Below are positions 17,124 through 28,122 of a stretch of DNA of 64,000 nucleotides, piece after piece (position 1 is the stretch's first letter; every line of letters begins with the position of its first letter). The DNA comes from an uncultured Nitrospiraceae bacterium (lineage in GTDB: Bacteria; Nitrospirota; Nitrospiria; Nitrospirales; Nitrospiraceae), in assembly GCA_963846575.1 (NCBI GenBank), contig CAWJWJ010000001.1, forward strand, positions 992,001 to 1,056,000, written 5' to 3'. The position numbers and the translations under genes were made by a program. The notes below the pieces were generated by a model. That model made no database searches, had not been told where the DNA came from, and saw only the letters and a program-made list of their open reading frames with translations.

Positions 17124-19487
17124 ATGTCGATGTCATCCGTCCGTCTGTCCCGGTCCCTCCGCCACAGCGATCACCCGCGCTCAGGTCCCGGGCATTCATG
17201 GGCCACGCCGATAGCGGGCGCCGGAAGAATGCTGGCCGCGCTGCTCTGCCTCGCGACCTTCACCGCCTGCATCGGGCCGCAGAAGCCGCCGCTCGCGCCG
17301 GAAACGCAGGAAGCTCCGCCTCCGGATGCGGAAGCTGCCAGCCCCTCACCGCCAGCCGGGCCGGTCGAACCCGACGCGCCGGTGGGACTTCCCCTGCCGC
17401 TTCCCCCCGCGCCCGACCGTGAGCGGCCAGCCGGGCCTCCTTCGCCGACGGCATCGGACGTGCCGGTCGTGGATGTCGAGCCGGTGCATGTGACGGCGCA
17501 GGCCGAGACCTATCAGGTCACCCATGCCACCACGGCGACCAAGACCGATACGGCCATCATGGACACGCCGATGTCGGTCAAGGTCGTGCCTCAGCAGGTC
17601 ATGCTCGATCAGCAGGTCGTCCGGGTCGATCAGGCGCTCAAGAACGTCAGCAGCGTCATCAGCGGGGCGGAAGGCGATATGCAGTTTAATGTACGCGGGT
17701 TCGACCAGTTCAATTTCTACCGCGACGGCTACCCGTTCCAGAGCCAGTGGTTTCACGCGGAGGACCTCACCAACATCGAGCAGGTGGAGGTCCTGAAAGG
17801 GCCGGGCTCCATCCTTTATGGACGGACCGAACCGGGCGGCGTCATCAATTTCGTCACCAAGCAGCCGCTGGACCAGCCCTCCTACAGCCTGCGCCAGCAG
17901 GTCGGATCCTATGGATGGTATCGCACCAACGCCGACCTCACCGGCCCTCTCACGGAGGATCGCCGTGTGTCCTACCGGCTGAACATCGGCTATCAAACGA
18001 ACCACACGTTCCAGGAATTCGGCAGCCAGGAGCGGCTGATCGTCTCGCCGCAGGTGCGATGGAGAATCACGGACCGGACCACCTCCACGGTCAAATACGA
18101 GTACAGCGATATCTCGCTCAACGGACGCGGCAACGTTCCCCTGTTGGGCAATCGCCCCGCGCCCATTTCACGGGAGCTCAACCTGGGTGAACGATGGAAC
18201 CTGCAAAACGACCGGTATCACCTGGTCTCGGTGTTGACGGACCATGCCTTCAACAAGGCCTGGACGCTCCGCCATCGCTTCAATTTCAGTCATCATCAGT
18301 TGACGATGACGGGTCAAAACGTCACGACGGCGGCGGCCAACGGAGACGTGAGCCGGTTCTTCTTCGCGCAGAATACGGACGGGAAAGACTATACGCGCAA
18401 TTTCTTTAATGCCCTCGAACTGACGGGCCGCCTGTCGACAGGGCCGGTCAAGCACACCCTCCTGTTCGGGGGAGATTACTTCCAGAGCGACATCCGGGCG
18501 ACGATGGCCTTCTCGCCGGCATTGGATGCCGGGATCAACCTGTTCAACCCCATCCATTCGGCGGGGCCGCCGGTGATCCAACCGGGAGACGTGACGACCT
18601 TCAATTGGTCGCTGCCCTGGTTCGGCCTCTACGCGCAGGATCAGATCGAGTTGCCCTACCATATCCATCTCCTGGCCGGACTCCGGTACGACAACGCGAA
18701 GACCTCGACCGCGAATGAGAACCTCGGCGTTCGAACGGACCGGATCAAGGATACCAACGACCGGATCTCACCGCGTGCCGCCTTGTTGTGGCGGCCCATT
18801 TCGGAGTTGTCGCTCTACGGCAGTTACACGGAGAACTTCGGCGCGTCGAACACCTTCACGGCCGCGAGTCTCACACCGCTTCCGCCGCAGACGGCCCAGC
18901 AGTGGGAGCTGGGGGCGAAGACGGAACTCTTCGGCGGGCGGTTTACCGGCACCCTCGCCTATTTCAACCTGACCAAGCAGAACCTGCCGGTGTTTTTCCC
19001 GACTGAAACCAGGGCGGTCGGTGAGGGGGAAAGCCGGGGACTGGAACTGGATGTCAGCGGAGAGATCCTGCCCGGCTGGAGCGTCATCGGCGCCTATTCG
19101 TACATACCCTTCGCCAAGACGACCAAGGACGATCCCGGCCTCGGGACGATGGGAAAGCGCTTGAACAACGCCCCGGTCAACAGCGGCAGCCTCTGGACGG
19201 TCTATCAATTTCAGCAGGAGGACCTGCGAGGACTCAGGGTGGGAGCCGGGGTACAGGGGGTCGGCGAACGGCAGATCGGCTTCGGCGAAACGGCCCAGGC
19301 CCCCGGGTACGTGATCGCCAACGCGATGGCGAGTTATCAGTGGCGGGTTGGAAGGGTCAAGTACATTGCCCAGCTGAACGTGGATAATCTGTTTGATAAG
19401 ACCTACATCGGGCACATCTTCTTCTATGGGCCCACGTATTACGGCATGCCCCGGTTTTATACGGGCTCGATCCGCGTGGAGTTCTAA
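17124..19487 (+). CDS. TonB-dependent (siderophore-type) outer-membrane receptor
   Basis: TATKTDTAIMDTPMSV plug, IEQVEVLKGPGSILYG, PGGVIN, NLFDKTY, C-terminal F; AGGAGA RBS. Confidence 0.95.
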   Translation: MSMSSVRLSRSLRHSDHPRSGPGHSWATPIAGAGRMLAALLCLATFTACIGPQKPPLAPETQEAPPPDAEAASPSPPAGPVEPDAPVGLPLPLPPAPDRERPAGPPSPTASDVPVVDVEPVHVTAQAETYQVTHATTATKTDTAIMDTPMSVKVVPQQVMLDQQVVRVDQALKNVSSVISGAEGDMQFNVRGFDQFNFYRDGYPFQSQWFHAEDLTNIEQVEVLKGPGSILYGRTEPGGVINFVTKQPLDQPSYSLRQQVGSYGWYRTNADLTGPLTEDRRVSYRLNIGYQTNHTFQEFGSQERLIVSPQVRWRITDRTTSTVKYEYSDISLNGRGNVPLLGNRPAPISRELNLGERWNLQNDRYHLVSVLTDHAFNKAWTLRHRFNFSHHQLTMTGQNVTTAAANGDVSRFFFAQNTDGKDYTRNFFNALELTGRLSTGPVKHTLLFGGDYFQSDIRATMAFSPALDAGINLFNPIHSAGPPVIQPGDVTTFNWSLPWFGLYAQDQIELPYHIHLLAGLRYDNAKTSTANENLGVRTDRIKDTNDRISPRAALLWRPISELSLYGSYTENFGASNTFTAASLTPLPPQTAQQWELGAKTELFGGRFTGTLAYFNLTKQNLPVFFPTETRAVGEGESRGLELDVSGEILPGWSVIGAYSYIPFAKTTKDDPGLGTMGKRLNNAPVNSGSLWTVYQFQQEDLRGLRVGAGVQGVGERQIGFGETAQAPGYVIANAMASYQWRVGRVKYIAQLNVDNLFDKTYIGHIFFYGPTYYGMPRFYTGSIRVEF

Positions 19488-19756
19488 CCGGGCCATGCTT
19501 GAAGACGCTTCCATCGCCACCGGGTCGCATCGCTTAGGAGGTACGTCCTGAATCTATACGGGTAGAGCCGTATCTATCATCGCTGTTCGCTGTCGGTCTC
19601 CAGGGCACCCGGTAGGCCTTCGAACCTGGGAGCGGGCGTCAAAGTTTCTCCGGTCGGACCACGGCTCTTGCCGGCCAACCGGGCAGCCGTCCCCGGTCGA
19701 ATGGTTCGCCGGGCGAGTAGCCACCCCGTTTCCAAAGGCCGTCCGATTTGGTATGC

Positions 19757-21178
19757 ATGGAGATGCTCTCAAGAGGATCCCCTGCGGCTGCACTGTGCCT
19801 GCTCGTCGGGTCGTTGTTTGCCCTCGTCGTTGGGTTCTACCGGCTGCAAGGTAACGGGGCGACATTTTTTTCGACGGGTTGGACATGGGTGATTCTAATC
19901 ATCCTTGTCAGCCTCCAGGTCTTCGCTGGCTACTCCCTCGTCTGCCACTCCCGGCATGCAAGACGAACCGGCTCGAAAGAATGTCGATTCGTCCTTTGGA
20001 CAGCGGCCGTTGCCCTTGTCTTGTTCTTCCTGATTGGAGAGGTGCTGCTACGAGTCGTTGCGGAGGAGACTCCGGAGGGACCTCTCCTGGGAAATGTCAC
20101 CTTGTTGCCGAGAGACTGGACAAGCGTAGTCAGCTATCGCCGGTCCCTTTGGGAGAGGACCTCGCGGGAATATGGCGTCTTTGTCCCGGATGAGGCGCTT
20201 GGGTGGACGGTCGGTCGCAATCGACAGGGCGTCGGGCCGTACGGCGAAACGTACCTGAGCAACGAAGACGGGCTGCGCACCGGGCAGAACGGGCCCACCA
20301 TAAAGAATGATCCTGCCGGCCTTCGGATCGCCATTCTGGGAGATTCCTATACGTTTGGCGAAGACGTCAGCTACGGAGACACGTGGGGACATCAGCTGGA
20401 AATGCTGATGGGGCCTGGAACTCAGGTGCTCAATTTCGGAGTGCCTGGCTATGGCATTGATCAGGCCTACCTGCGGTATCTTCGCGACGTGCGGGACTGG
20501 CATCCCCATGTCGTCATCCTGAGTTTTATAAGCCACGACTTGGTGAGAAGCGGGATGACCTATTATTGGATCGGTTTTCCGGGAGCCGCGGTTCCGGGAG
20601 CCAAACCCCGATTTTCCTACGTAGACAACCAACTCACCGTGCTCAACTACCCGCTGCCTGCTCCGGAGCGGATTTATTCCACCCCGGCCATCGAGGACCT
20701 GCCCTTTGTCCGGTCTGACAGCGCGTATCGTCCAACCGACTGGGATCGGCACCTCTATCAGTATTCGTATCTCTTGAGATTCGCGATTTCCTGGAATCCT
20801 CCGCAGCTGTCGTCGAGCTACGAACTCGACCAAGACGTTCAGCGGATTGACGAACGGATCCTTCAGGCGTTTGTCCGCGATGCAGCGGCGGCGAAGTCTC
20901 GTCCTCTGGTCGTGTTTCTCCCCGAGTACCGGGAGTTTCGAAACGCATCCGGACCGCTTTCAAAACGTGATCGTCTTGGAACGCGCGTGGCTCAAGCAGC
21001 CGGCGTAGAATTTCTTGATCTGACAGCCTGTTTGGAGACCGTCGACAACCACGATCGTTTTACGTCCGGATGGCACTACACGCGGGCGGCCAATGCGGCT
21101 GTGGCGCACTGTCTCCACAGAGGTTTGACGCGAAGCAATGCTGTGATGAGGCAGCAGGAGCCGCGTGCCTCTCGTTAG
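19757..21178 (+). CDS. Membrane-anchored SGNH/GDSL hydrolase family protein
   Basis: N-terminal TM helices, ILGDSYTFGE, NFGVPGYG, GWHY. Confidence 0.8.
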   Translation: MEMLSRGSPAAALCLLVGSLFALVVGFYRLQGNGATFFSTGWTWVILIILVSLQVFAGYSLVCHSRHARRTGSKECRFVLWTAAVALVLFFLIGEVLLRVVAEETPEGPLLGNVTLLPRDWTSVVSYRRSLWERTSREYGVFVPDEALGWTVGRNRQGVGPYGETYLSNEDGLRTGQNGPTIKNDPAGLRIAILGDSYTFGEDVSYGDTWGHQLEMLMGPGTQVLNFGVPGYGIDQAYLRYLRDVRDWHPHVVILSFISHDLVRSGMTYYWIGFPGAAVPGAKPRFSYVDNQLTVLNYPLPAPERIYSTPAIEDLPFVRSDSAYRPTDWDRHLYQYSYLLRFAISWNPPQLSSSYELDQDVQRIDERILQAFVRDAAAAKSRPLVVFLPEYREFRNASGPLSKRDRLGTRVAQAAGVEFLDLTACLETVDNHDRFTSGWHYTRAANAAVAHCLHRGLTRSNAVMRQQEPRASR

Positions 21179-21387
21179 CCGAATATTTCCCGCCACCTGG
21201 ATGATAGTTGCCTCCTATAAAAGATCTGTTCCATCGGATATTGCACCACCTGCCGGAGGCCTGGTTCATAAGCCATTGAATTGATTGGTCGAGGCCGCCG
21301 TCGTGGCGTCGGGCAGGGCTGCGCGTGCCGAATGCTATAGTTGTAATGTCAACACAGGTCACACCCCAGCACGAAGGAGCATGGTTC

Positions 21388-22176
21388 ATGAGGTATTCTG
21401 GCGCATCGCAATTGATCGTGGGCGGCATGGCAGTCGTCCTTTTAACGGCAGCCGGATGCAGCAGCATGAAGTGGTTTCAGTCGGGGTCGGATGAGGGGGC
21501 TGTCGCAGGGGCCGGGCAGCCGGGGTCCGAGGGCAGGTCTGCGATGAAGGGTGGCCAGGCAGGATCGGGTGACCTGTCCGAAGGAGCCACTCGCGGCTCA
21601 AATGGCGGTCTCGCAGGGGAAGAACAGATGCACGGCGGGACCTATCCTTCCCTCGGGCGGCAAGATGGCGCCGGTGAAGCCGAGGGCGGTCGATTGCGAG
21701 GCATTTCCCCTCTGGTGAACGGTCAGATTTCCGGCGAGGAACGACTCAGTCGGAGCGGCATGGGCGGCATGTCATTGTCAGGTGACCGGGACGAGCAGTG
21801 GCGCGCCCAGGTACGCCAGGAAGAAGCTGCGGCGATGGAAGCGGGCCTCAAGGATGTGTTCTACGGGTATAACCAATATAGTGTCTCAGAAAATGACGGC
21901 ATCGCGTCGCTGACGACCAATGCCGGCTGGCTGAAAGAGAATCCCACGTCACTCCTCAAGATTTCCGGACATTGCGATGAGCGTGGCAGCCATGACTACA
22001 ACCTCGTGCTCGGAGAAAAACGAGCGAAGGCCGCCAAGAGTTTTCTTGTCGATCTGGGTGTGAGCCCGAAGCAGGTGGCAATCATCTCCTATGGCAAGGA
22101 TCGCCCGTTCTGTGCCGACCATGACGAAGTCTGCTATCAGCAGAATCGGCGGGGTCATATGATGTTGCGCAAATAG
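21388..22176 (+). CDS. Pal/OmpA-family peptidoglycan-associated lipoprotein with Gly-rich linker
   Basis: Lipobox AAGC; GHCDERGSHDYNLVLGEKRA; SYGKDRP; QNRR. Confidence 0.9.
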   Translation: MRYSGASQLIVGGMAVVLLTAAGCSSMKWFQSGSDEGAVAGAGQPGSEGRSAMKGGQAGSGDLSEGATRGSNGGLAGEEQMHGGTYPSLGRQDGAGEAEGGRLRGISPLVNGQISGEERLSRSGMGGMSLSGDRDEQWRAQVRQEEAAAMEAGLKDVFYGYNQYSVSENDGIASLTTNAGWLKENPTSLLKISGHCDERGSHDYNLVLGEKRAKAAKSFLVDLGVSPKQVAIISYGKDRPFCADHDEVCYQQNRRGHMMLRK

Positions 22177-22185
22177 GCGAGAGGT

Positions 22186-22215
22186 CCCGGCGCCTTCCCG
22201 TGAGTGGGCGCCGGG
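22186..22215 (+). terminator. Hairpin after pal-like gene
   Basis: CCCGGCGCC...GGCGCCGGG 9-bp stem 10 nt after stop; no U-tract. Confidence 0.4.
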
Positions 22216-22485
22216 GCAAAGTTAGCGCGCTGGTGGCTAATTCGGACCATCCGGCCTTCTCCCAATCCCGTCCTCCCCGATGACTTGCATCCGTCAGACA
22301 CTCCTCGCTATGAGTTGAGGATGCCCCCATGCCGGGAGGCCCGATAGGCCTCGTGACCCTGCCTTGATCGCTACCGCCGATCCCTTCCCAGTATCCTAGG
22401 GTGACAATGCTCGCGAGCTTGTGGTATCTGAGCCACAGCAGGTGACAGCCTTTTCGACGCCCATCTCGTACGAAGGAGTGTAATT

Positions 22486-22650
22486 GTGAACCAGCGCTTT
22501 GGGATTACCGTGAAGTTTCTCATTTCCGCCGACTCCCCAGAGGAGGCCGAAGAGATCATTGAGTCGGCTTGTGAGAAGATGGCCGCCTCGATCCATGAAG
22601 GCGACGTCAGTTACGAAGGCATCGAGGACATAGAAGAGGAAGATGAGTAA
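22486..22650 (+). CDS. Small acidic hypothetical protein (54 aa)
   Basis: GAAGGAG RBS, GTG start, MNQRFGITVKFLISADSPEEAEEII...EDIEEEDE; below ORF-track cutoff. Confidence 0.65.
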   Translation: MNQRFGITVKFLISADSPEEAEEIIESACEKMAASIHEGDVSYEGIEDIEEEDE

Positions 22651-22774
22651 TGAAGCCCCTGGTCCTTTCCGCGTCGGGTACGCCCGGCATCCGGACTCGC
22701 CTGTGGCGTGGAGAGGATAGGGTGAGGGTTGCATACGCGGTCAGGCCCCGCCGGACAAACAGTGGAAGGCCATA

Positions 22775-24163
22775 ATGGATCCCGTCAGCTCCACCGAAAC
22801 CGATATTCGCCCGCCGGGTTTTCTGAACCGGATCCATCAGTCCAACAAGCAATATCTTCCGCAGTGGCTCGGGGTTCCGGCGCACATTCACCACCTCGCC
22901 TACCGGATGGCCAATCCGCCGGTGGAGCGGCCCAATAGCCGTCGCGAGTTTCAACACCTGCTTCAGGCTCTCGAGATTTCCGAGGGCGCCGTCGAGGAGC
23001 GATTCGGCTACGGATTCAAAGTGGCGTCGAATGGAGACCGGCTGGTCGTGGTCTGGGAAGCCCACACGGAATATTACAGCTACCAGGTGTGGCATGTGGG
23101 CAGCGAGGCGACGAGGGAGCTGGATTTCGGCCCGATTACGTTTCCCGGGTATATGATGCCGCTCTGCCCGCTCGGTCTGCGCGTGAATGCCCTCGACCTG
23201 TTGTGTCTGCCTCAGGAGTTGCCGCTTGAGCAGGAGCTTCCCGCTCGACTGCCCGGTGCCACGGTTTATGGCAGCCGTATCCTGAGCGACGACATCGTGG
23301 CTGTGACCAGCTTCACGCCGGATGAGCATGACCGGGAACGGTATCTGATCTGTTCGACATCGGAGCAGTCGCTCAGGCAGCAGGTCGCGAAAATTGTCGA
23401 CACGATCGTCGCCATCGAAAATTATTACCATCTGGTCATGTTGCCGATGAAGGCGTTTTCACGCGCCGTCGACCAGATTCACGATTACGAGCAGCGACAT
23501 CTCTACCAGAGGGCCGTCTTGATTGAACAGCTTGGCGAGACCCCGCCCCAAACCATGCAGAAATGGTTGACGGTGTTGACTCAAGATCTGCTGCAAGTCA
23601 GCCGGTTGGCCGAGTCGATGCGGTATCGGCTGTCCGCGTCGGTGCCCTACGACCGGATCGTTCAGAGTAATCTGGCTGCGTTACAGGAACGACCCTATGC
23701 GCCGCTCCGTCAACTCTCGGAATATGTGAGTTGGAAAATTACCGGGGTCACGGACGGCTATCAGCAGTTGCTCCGGCGAATCGATGCCATGGAAAAGGAC
23801 TTTGAGGCCACGGTGGCGGTGCTCCGCACGCATATCGAGTTGCGGCTGCAGGAGCAAAACATCGGACTGCAGGATCAGAATATGAAACTGCTGATCAGCG
23901 TGGATTCCACGACGCGGGCCCAGGCAATCCTGCAGCGCACGGTCGAGAGCCTGTCGGTAATCGTGATCACCTACTACCTGACCGGCTTGGGAAGCTATGT
24001 GATCAAGGCCTGTTATGAGATGGGGTGGCTGAAGAACGCCAATGTGGCGACGGCGATTTTCGTCCCGATCGCGTTCGGCATTTCCTTTGCCTTGATGACC
24101 GTCGGCAGGAAAATTATTGTGAAGCGTATGGCGAACCCGCCGAAGGATGAGGCGGGTCACTGA
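22775..24163 (+). CDS. DUF3422-like membrane-anchored protein
   Basis: VWEAHTEYYSY, IENY, LQRTVESLSVIVITYY, two C-terminal TM helices. Confidence 0.8.
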   Translation: MDPVSSTETDIRPPGFLNRIHQSNKQYLPQWLGVPAHIHHLAYRMANPPVERPNSRREFQHLLQALEISEGAVEERFGYGFKVASNGDRLVVVWEAHTEYYSYQVWHVGSEATRELDFGPITFPGYMMPLCPLGLRVNALDLLCLPQELPLEQELPARLPGATVYGSRILSDDIVAVTSFTPDEHDRERYLICSTSEQSLRQQVAKIVDTIVAIENYYHLVMLPMKAFSRAVDQIHDYEQRHLYQRAVLIEQLGETPPQTMQKWLTVLTQDLLQVSRLAESMRYRLSASVPYDRIVQSNLAALQERPYAPLRQLSEYVSWKITGVTDGYQQLLRRIDAMEKDFEATVAVLRTHIELRLQEQNIGLQDQNMKLLISVDSTTRAQAILQRTVESLSVIVITYYLTGLGSYVIKACYEMGWLKNANVATAIFVPIAFGISFALMTVGRKIIVKRMANPPKDEAGH

Positions 24164-24260
24164 CTTTCTCTTCCCCGGCCTCCCGACTTGTCACCGGCCG
24201 TCCCCCTCATCCAGGAAGGTCAGCATGGGCCGGACGGGGCGGCAGTTTCAGTGATCCCTG

Positions 24261-24623
24261 TTATGCGGCGGCGAGTTCCCGCCGGTCGGTGCCAGCCTCG
24301 ACGACCGGGTCAGCAAGCAACGGACGAATCAGCTGCTGAATGCGGCGTTGTTCATCTCGCCGCACCCGGATAAATTCAATACCGACCTTCTGCCGCGTGG
24401 CCCATCGTACCTTCGCGAGCTCCACCGCGAGCGGCCGGGCCTGATCCGGCGCCATGACCTGCAATTCGAGATACTCACCGGGCTGAATGGGAAGGTCGGT
24501 CTCTATTGCGCAACCGGGTATGGAGAGGTTGACGACCATCCCCTCGCCCCTGATCGAATCACTGGAAAGCCGGACAGGGTAGGTGACCGCGGCGCGTGTC
24601 GATGAACGAAGATCCGTGTCCAT
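24261..24623 (-). CDS. PilZ domain protein
   Basis: RSSTR...NLSIPG c-di-GMP motifs; AAGGAGG RBS. Confidence 0.88.
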   Translation of the reverse strand: MDTDLRSSTRAAVTYPVRLSSDSIRGEGMVVNLSIPGCAIETDLPIQPGEYLELQVMAPDQARPLAVELAKVRWATRQKVGIEFIRVRRDEQRRIQQLIRPLLADPVVEAGTDRRELAAA

Positions 24624-25010
24624 AAGGGCCTCCTTGCCTTACCCTGATTCCCGGGGCGTATAGGTGTTTTCGGTAGGGTTTCTCCTGAACTTTAGGGGGG
24701 GATGAGGAAAAACCACGATCAATATCGCATAGGCGCAGGTGGTGGGCAGAACCCGATGGTCACCATCATGGGCTCTCCGGTCGGTCGTTCGAGGCTCCGG
24801 TCAGGAGCGGGCCGGGTTGCCGGGGCGACAGATGCCAGTGTGGCGGCGTCTCCCTACCGACAGCGCTGCGGAAGCGTTGCGGATCGGTGAACACAAGCCC
24901 ATCCGTGAAATGGGTGACCGCGGAGAGTGACCGGTTGATTTCGGCTGCGGAACAGCGTATCCCTTTTTGAAAGCGGGTGGTTCCGAACGCATTGATGGAT
25001 TCAGAAGAAG

Positions 25011-25337
25011 GTGGCCGTGGAGCGTCGCGACAGTCCCCGGTATGAAATCGAGGTGCCTCTGACCTTTTCCGGCGGTGATATTGCCGGGAGTGGTTTGATC
25101 ACGAGTCTCTCCCATGAAGGCTGTCACGTCGTGAGCGAGGAATCCTTGCCTGCCCGCGCCTGCCTGTCCCTCCATGTGGAATTTCCTGCTCCCTATGAGC
25201 CGCTCACCGTCGAAGTCGCAGAGGTCCGTTGGACGAATGCCGTGGGCTTCGGCCTTGTCTTTGTGCATGTGCACGCCGAAGAGACCGCGCGGCTGCAACG
25301 ATTTATCGATTGGCTGAAACGGACACACAACAATTAG
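25011..25337 (+). CDS. PilZ domain protein
   Basis: RRDSPR...SLSHEG, AEVRW, FGLVF. Confidence 0.85.
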   Translation: MAVERRDSPRYEIEVPLTFSGGDIAGSGLITSLSHEGCHVVSEESLPARACLSLHVEFPAPYEPLTVEVAEVRWTNAVGFGLVFVHVHAEETARLQRFIDWLKRTHNN

Positions 25338-25377
25338 CCTGCGGGATTTCCGAGGCGAGCGAGGTCTCAATCGAGGC

Positions 25378-26310
25378 TTACTGCGCGGGAGTGGGGACGT
25401 CTACATGGACCGCGATGTGCGCGTCCCGGGTGCCGGCCGGGAACCGGGGAAACGGATGGGCATTGATGACGGCCAATAGGGCAGCCTGATCCAATTCGGT
25501 ATCTCCGGAGCTGCGTTCCACTTCCACCAGCTGGGCTTCGCCGTTGGAATAGAGGCGAAAACCGATACCCGGAACTCGTTGGATGCCCCGGTGCCGATAG
25601 GGCGCCGCCTCCTCCTGCATTCGCCGATGAATGAGCCGCTGCAGCATTTTCCAGTACCCCTTCTCCCGCGACAACCTGCCCTCCCCCGGGAGTTCTTCTT
25701 CCTCCACACGGTCCTCCAGCGCCGGAACGGACGCTGCGTCTGCTGTGTGTGAGGAGCGGTCGGGCATGTAATTTGAGAGGTCGGTGATGGTGGTCCGATG
25801 GTCCGCATATCCGGGAGTGGCGATGGTGAACACGACGGTGCGCTGCGCGAGTGGCTCCACGTGCGGCCCGCGCCGGCGGGCGATTTGAATCTGAATGGGT
25901 GTGGCCTTGGGGGGAGTCCCGATGGTCGTCGACAGCCGACCGAGGTCCACGGTGGCAGAATAGCGGTGCCGAACGGGATCCAGGTCCATCGGGATGGTCT
26001 GAGACGCAAAAGCCGGACTTTCGAGCATGACAAGGAATGGTTCGCTATGACGAGACGGTGATTCAGGGATATGGACGGAGACGGTGAGTCCTCGATTCAC
26101 GGGCAACGACCCGAACAGGCTATCGGCGGGCAACTCGATCAGCACATCCTGTGGCAGAAGCGAGGGCGGAGTACCGTCGGCCCACGTCGCGGTTCCGAAG
26201 CAGGCGGCGGTCAGCAAGAGGGCCGGAAACATTTTGCGCCGTGTCTGCTTGGGAACGACTCGTCCAGGCAACAGTGAAGGCGAGGGAGATCGAAAGGATG
26301 AGAACATCAT
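25378..26310 (-). CDS. Exported protein with TonB C-terminal domain
   Basis: Signal-like segment; VERSSGDTELDQAALLAVINAHPFPRFP; start uncertain. Confidence 0.7.
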   Translation of the reverse strand: MMFSSFRSPSPSLLPGRVVPKQTRRKMFPALLLTAACFGTATWADGTPPSLLPQDVLIELPADSLFGSLPVNRGLTVSVHIPESPSRHSEPFLVMLESPAFASQTIPMDLDPVRHRYSATVDLGRLSTTIGTPPKATPIQIQIARRRGPHVEPLAQRTVVFTIATPGYADHRTTITDLSNYMPDRSSHTADAASVPALEDRVEEEELPGEGRLSREKGYWKMLQRLIHRRMQEEAAPYRHRGIQRVPGIGFRLYSNGEAQLVEVERSSGDTELDQAALLAVINAHPFPRFPAGTRDAHIAVHVDVPTPAQ

Positions 26311-26475
26311 CTGGGCGAATTTCCAACTGGGTTGCCGGCTGATGATTCATCATCAGTACCACGGGCACGGCAGATCGCCTATTCAAATGGACAATCCAGC
26401 GCAGTCGAGCGCGGAGGTTGCGATGCAAGGAAGGGATCAGGCAGGATGGCCCATGCTCATTAAAAGGTGCGGGAT

Positions 26476-28008
26476 ATGACGACGGAAAATCTCATGTCAG
26501 ATCTGGCCCAGTTGCGAACGCCGTGCGTGATGGTCATTTTCGGCATTGATGGCGATCTCGCAAAGCGAAAACTGTTCCCGGCTCTGTACAACCTCATGGC
26601 AGGCCGGTTTCTTCCCGAGCGATTTTCAATCGTGGGTTTGGATCGGGCGGAAAAAACTACGGCGGAGTTTCGGGAGAAACTGGACCTGGGCATCGGAGAG
26701 TATCTTCCGGACGACGCGGACCGGACGGTGTGGCAGGCGCTGTCGGAGCGGGTGCATTATCTGGCGGGAAACTTCCAGGACGGTCTCACCTATCGGCGGT
26801 TGAATGATCTGCTTCAACAGGTTGATGCGGAGGCCTGTACGGGCGGCAATTACATCTTTTATTTGGCGACGATCCCCGGGTTATTCGGTCAAATCGTGAC
26901 GCACTTGGGAGAGTACGGACTCACGGCTGAACGCAACGGCACCTGGCGCCGTGTCGTCATCGAAAAACCGTTCGGGCATGATTTGGAATCGGCGCGGACC
27001 CTCAACCACGAACTGCAGCGTGTGTTGCAGGAGCGTCAGATCTACAGAATCGATCACTATCTGGGCAAAGAAACGGTTCAGAATATTCTGGTGTTCCGGT
27101 TTGCCAATGGCATTTTCGAACCGGTCTGGAATCGGCAGTATATCGACCACGTCCAGATTACGGTGGCCGAGAGTTTGGGGGTGGAACATCGGGGCCGCTA
27201 CTATGAAGAGGCCGGGGCCTTGCGGGACATGGTGCCGAATCACCTCTTGCAACTGCTGTGTTTTCTGGCGATGGAGCCGCCCAATTCATTTGCCGCTGAT
27301 GCCGTGCGGGATGAGAAAGCGAAGGTGCTGCGGGGAGTGGTGCCGTTCAGTTCGCTGGATGTCCTGCGGTTCGTCGTGTTTGGTCAATACGGTGCGGGTA
27401 CCGTCTCGGAAAAACCGGTGATCGGGTACAGGGAGGAGCCGCACGTACATCCCACCTCCATGACCGAGACATTTGTGGGGATGAAACTCTTCATTGACAA
27501 CTGGCGTTGGGCCGGAGTTCCCTTCTACCTGCGGACCGGGAAGCGCATGGCGCGGCGGTTGACCGAAATCGTCGTGCAGTTCAAGCGGGCCCCGTTCATG
27601 TTGTTTCGAAAAACGGATGTCGATCGATTGGTCCCGAACGTGCTCGTCATCCGCATTCAACCGGATGAAGGGATTTCCCTGCGTTTTGATGCCAAAGTAC
27701 CGGGGCCGACGGTCCGGATCGGGACGGTCGACATGGATTTTCAATATGCCGACTATTTCGGCAATGCGCCAAATACGGGCTATGAGACATTGCTGCATGA
27801 TGCGATGGCGGGAGATGCCACGCTCTTTCAACGGTCGGATAACATCGAATTGGGTTGGTCGGTCGTGCAAATGATTCTGGACGTCTGGAAATCCCTCCCC
27901 GGGCCCGCGGTTTTTCCGAATTACCAGAGCGGAAGCTGGGGACCGGCGGAGTCGGAGGCCCTCTTGCGGCGCGAGGGCCGCGAGTGGTGGAACGGAGGCC
28001 GGCCGTAG
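26476..28008 (+). CDS. zwf: Glucose-6-phosphate 1-dehydrogenase
   Basis: [41 protein letters not shown]. Confidence 0.97.
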   Translation: MTTENLMSDLAQLRTPCVMVIFGIDGDLAKRKLFPALYNLMAGRFLPERFSIVGLDRAEKTTAEFREKLDLGIGEYLPDDADRTVWQALSERVHYLAGNFQDGLTYRRLNDLLQQVDAEACTGGNYIFYLATIPGLFGQIVTHLGEYGLTAERNGTWRRVVIEKPFGHDLESARTLNHELQRVLQERQIYRIDHYLGKETVQNILVFRFANGIFEPVWNRQYIDHVQITVAESLGVEHRGRYYEEAGALRDMVPNHLLQLLCFLAMEPPNSFAADAVRDEKAKVLRGVVPFSSLDVLRFVVFGQYGAGTVSEKPVIGYREEPHVHPTSMTETFVGMKLFIDNWRWAGVPFYLRTGKRMARRLTEIVVQFKRAPFMLFRKTDVDRLVPNVLVIRIQPDEGISLRFDAKVPGPTVRIGTVDMDFQYADYFGNAPNTGYETLLHDAMAGDATLFQRSDNIELGWSVVQMILDVWKSLPGPAVFPNYQSGSWGPAESEALLRREGREWWNGGRP

Positions 28009-28122
28009 CGACAGCCGAAGCAAACAGGCTCGTAGCCGCGGTGGTGAGACAAGAGGATTCAACCAAACCAGGCCGGTGAGGCATCTTCTCACGGGATGGT
28101 TCAGCGTGAGACGAGGTGAGTA

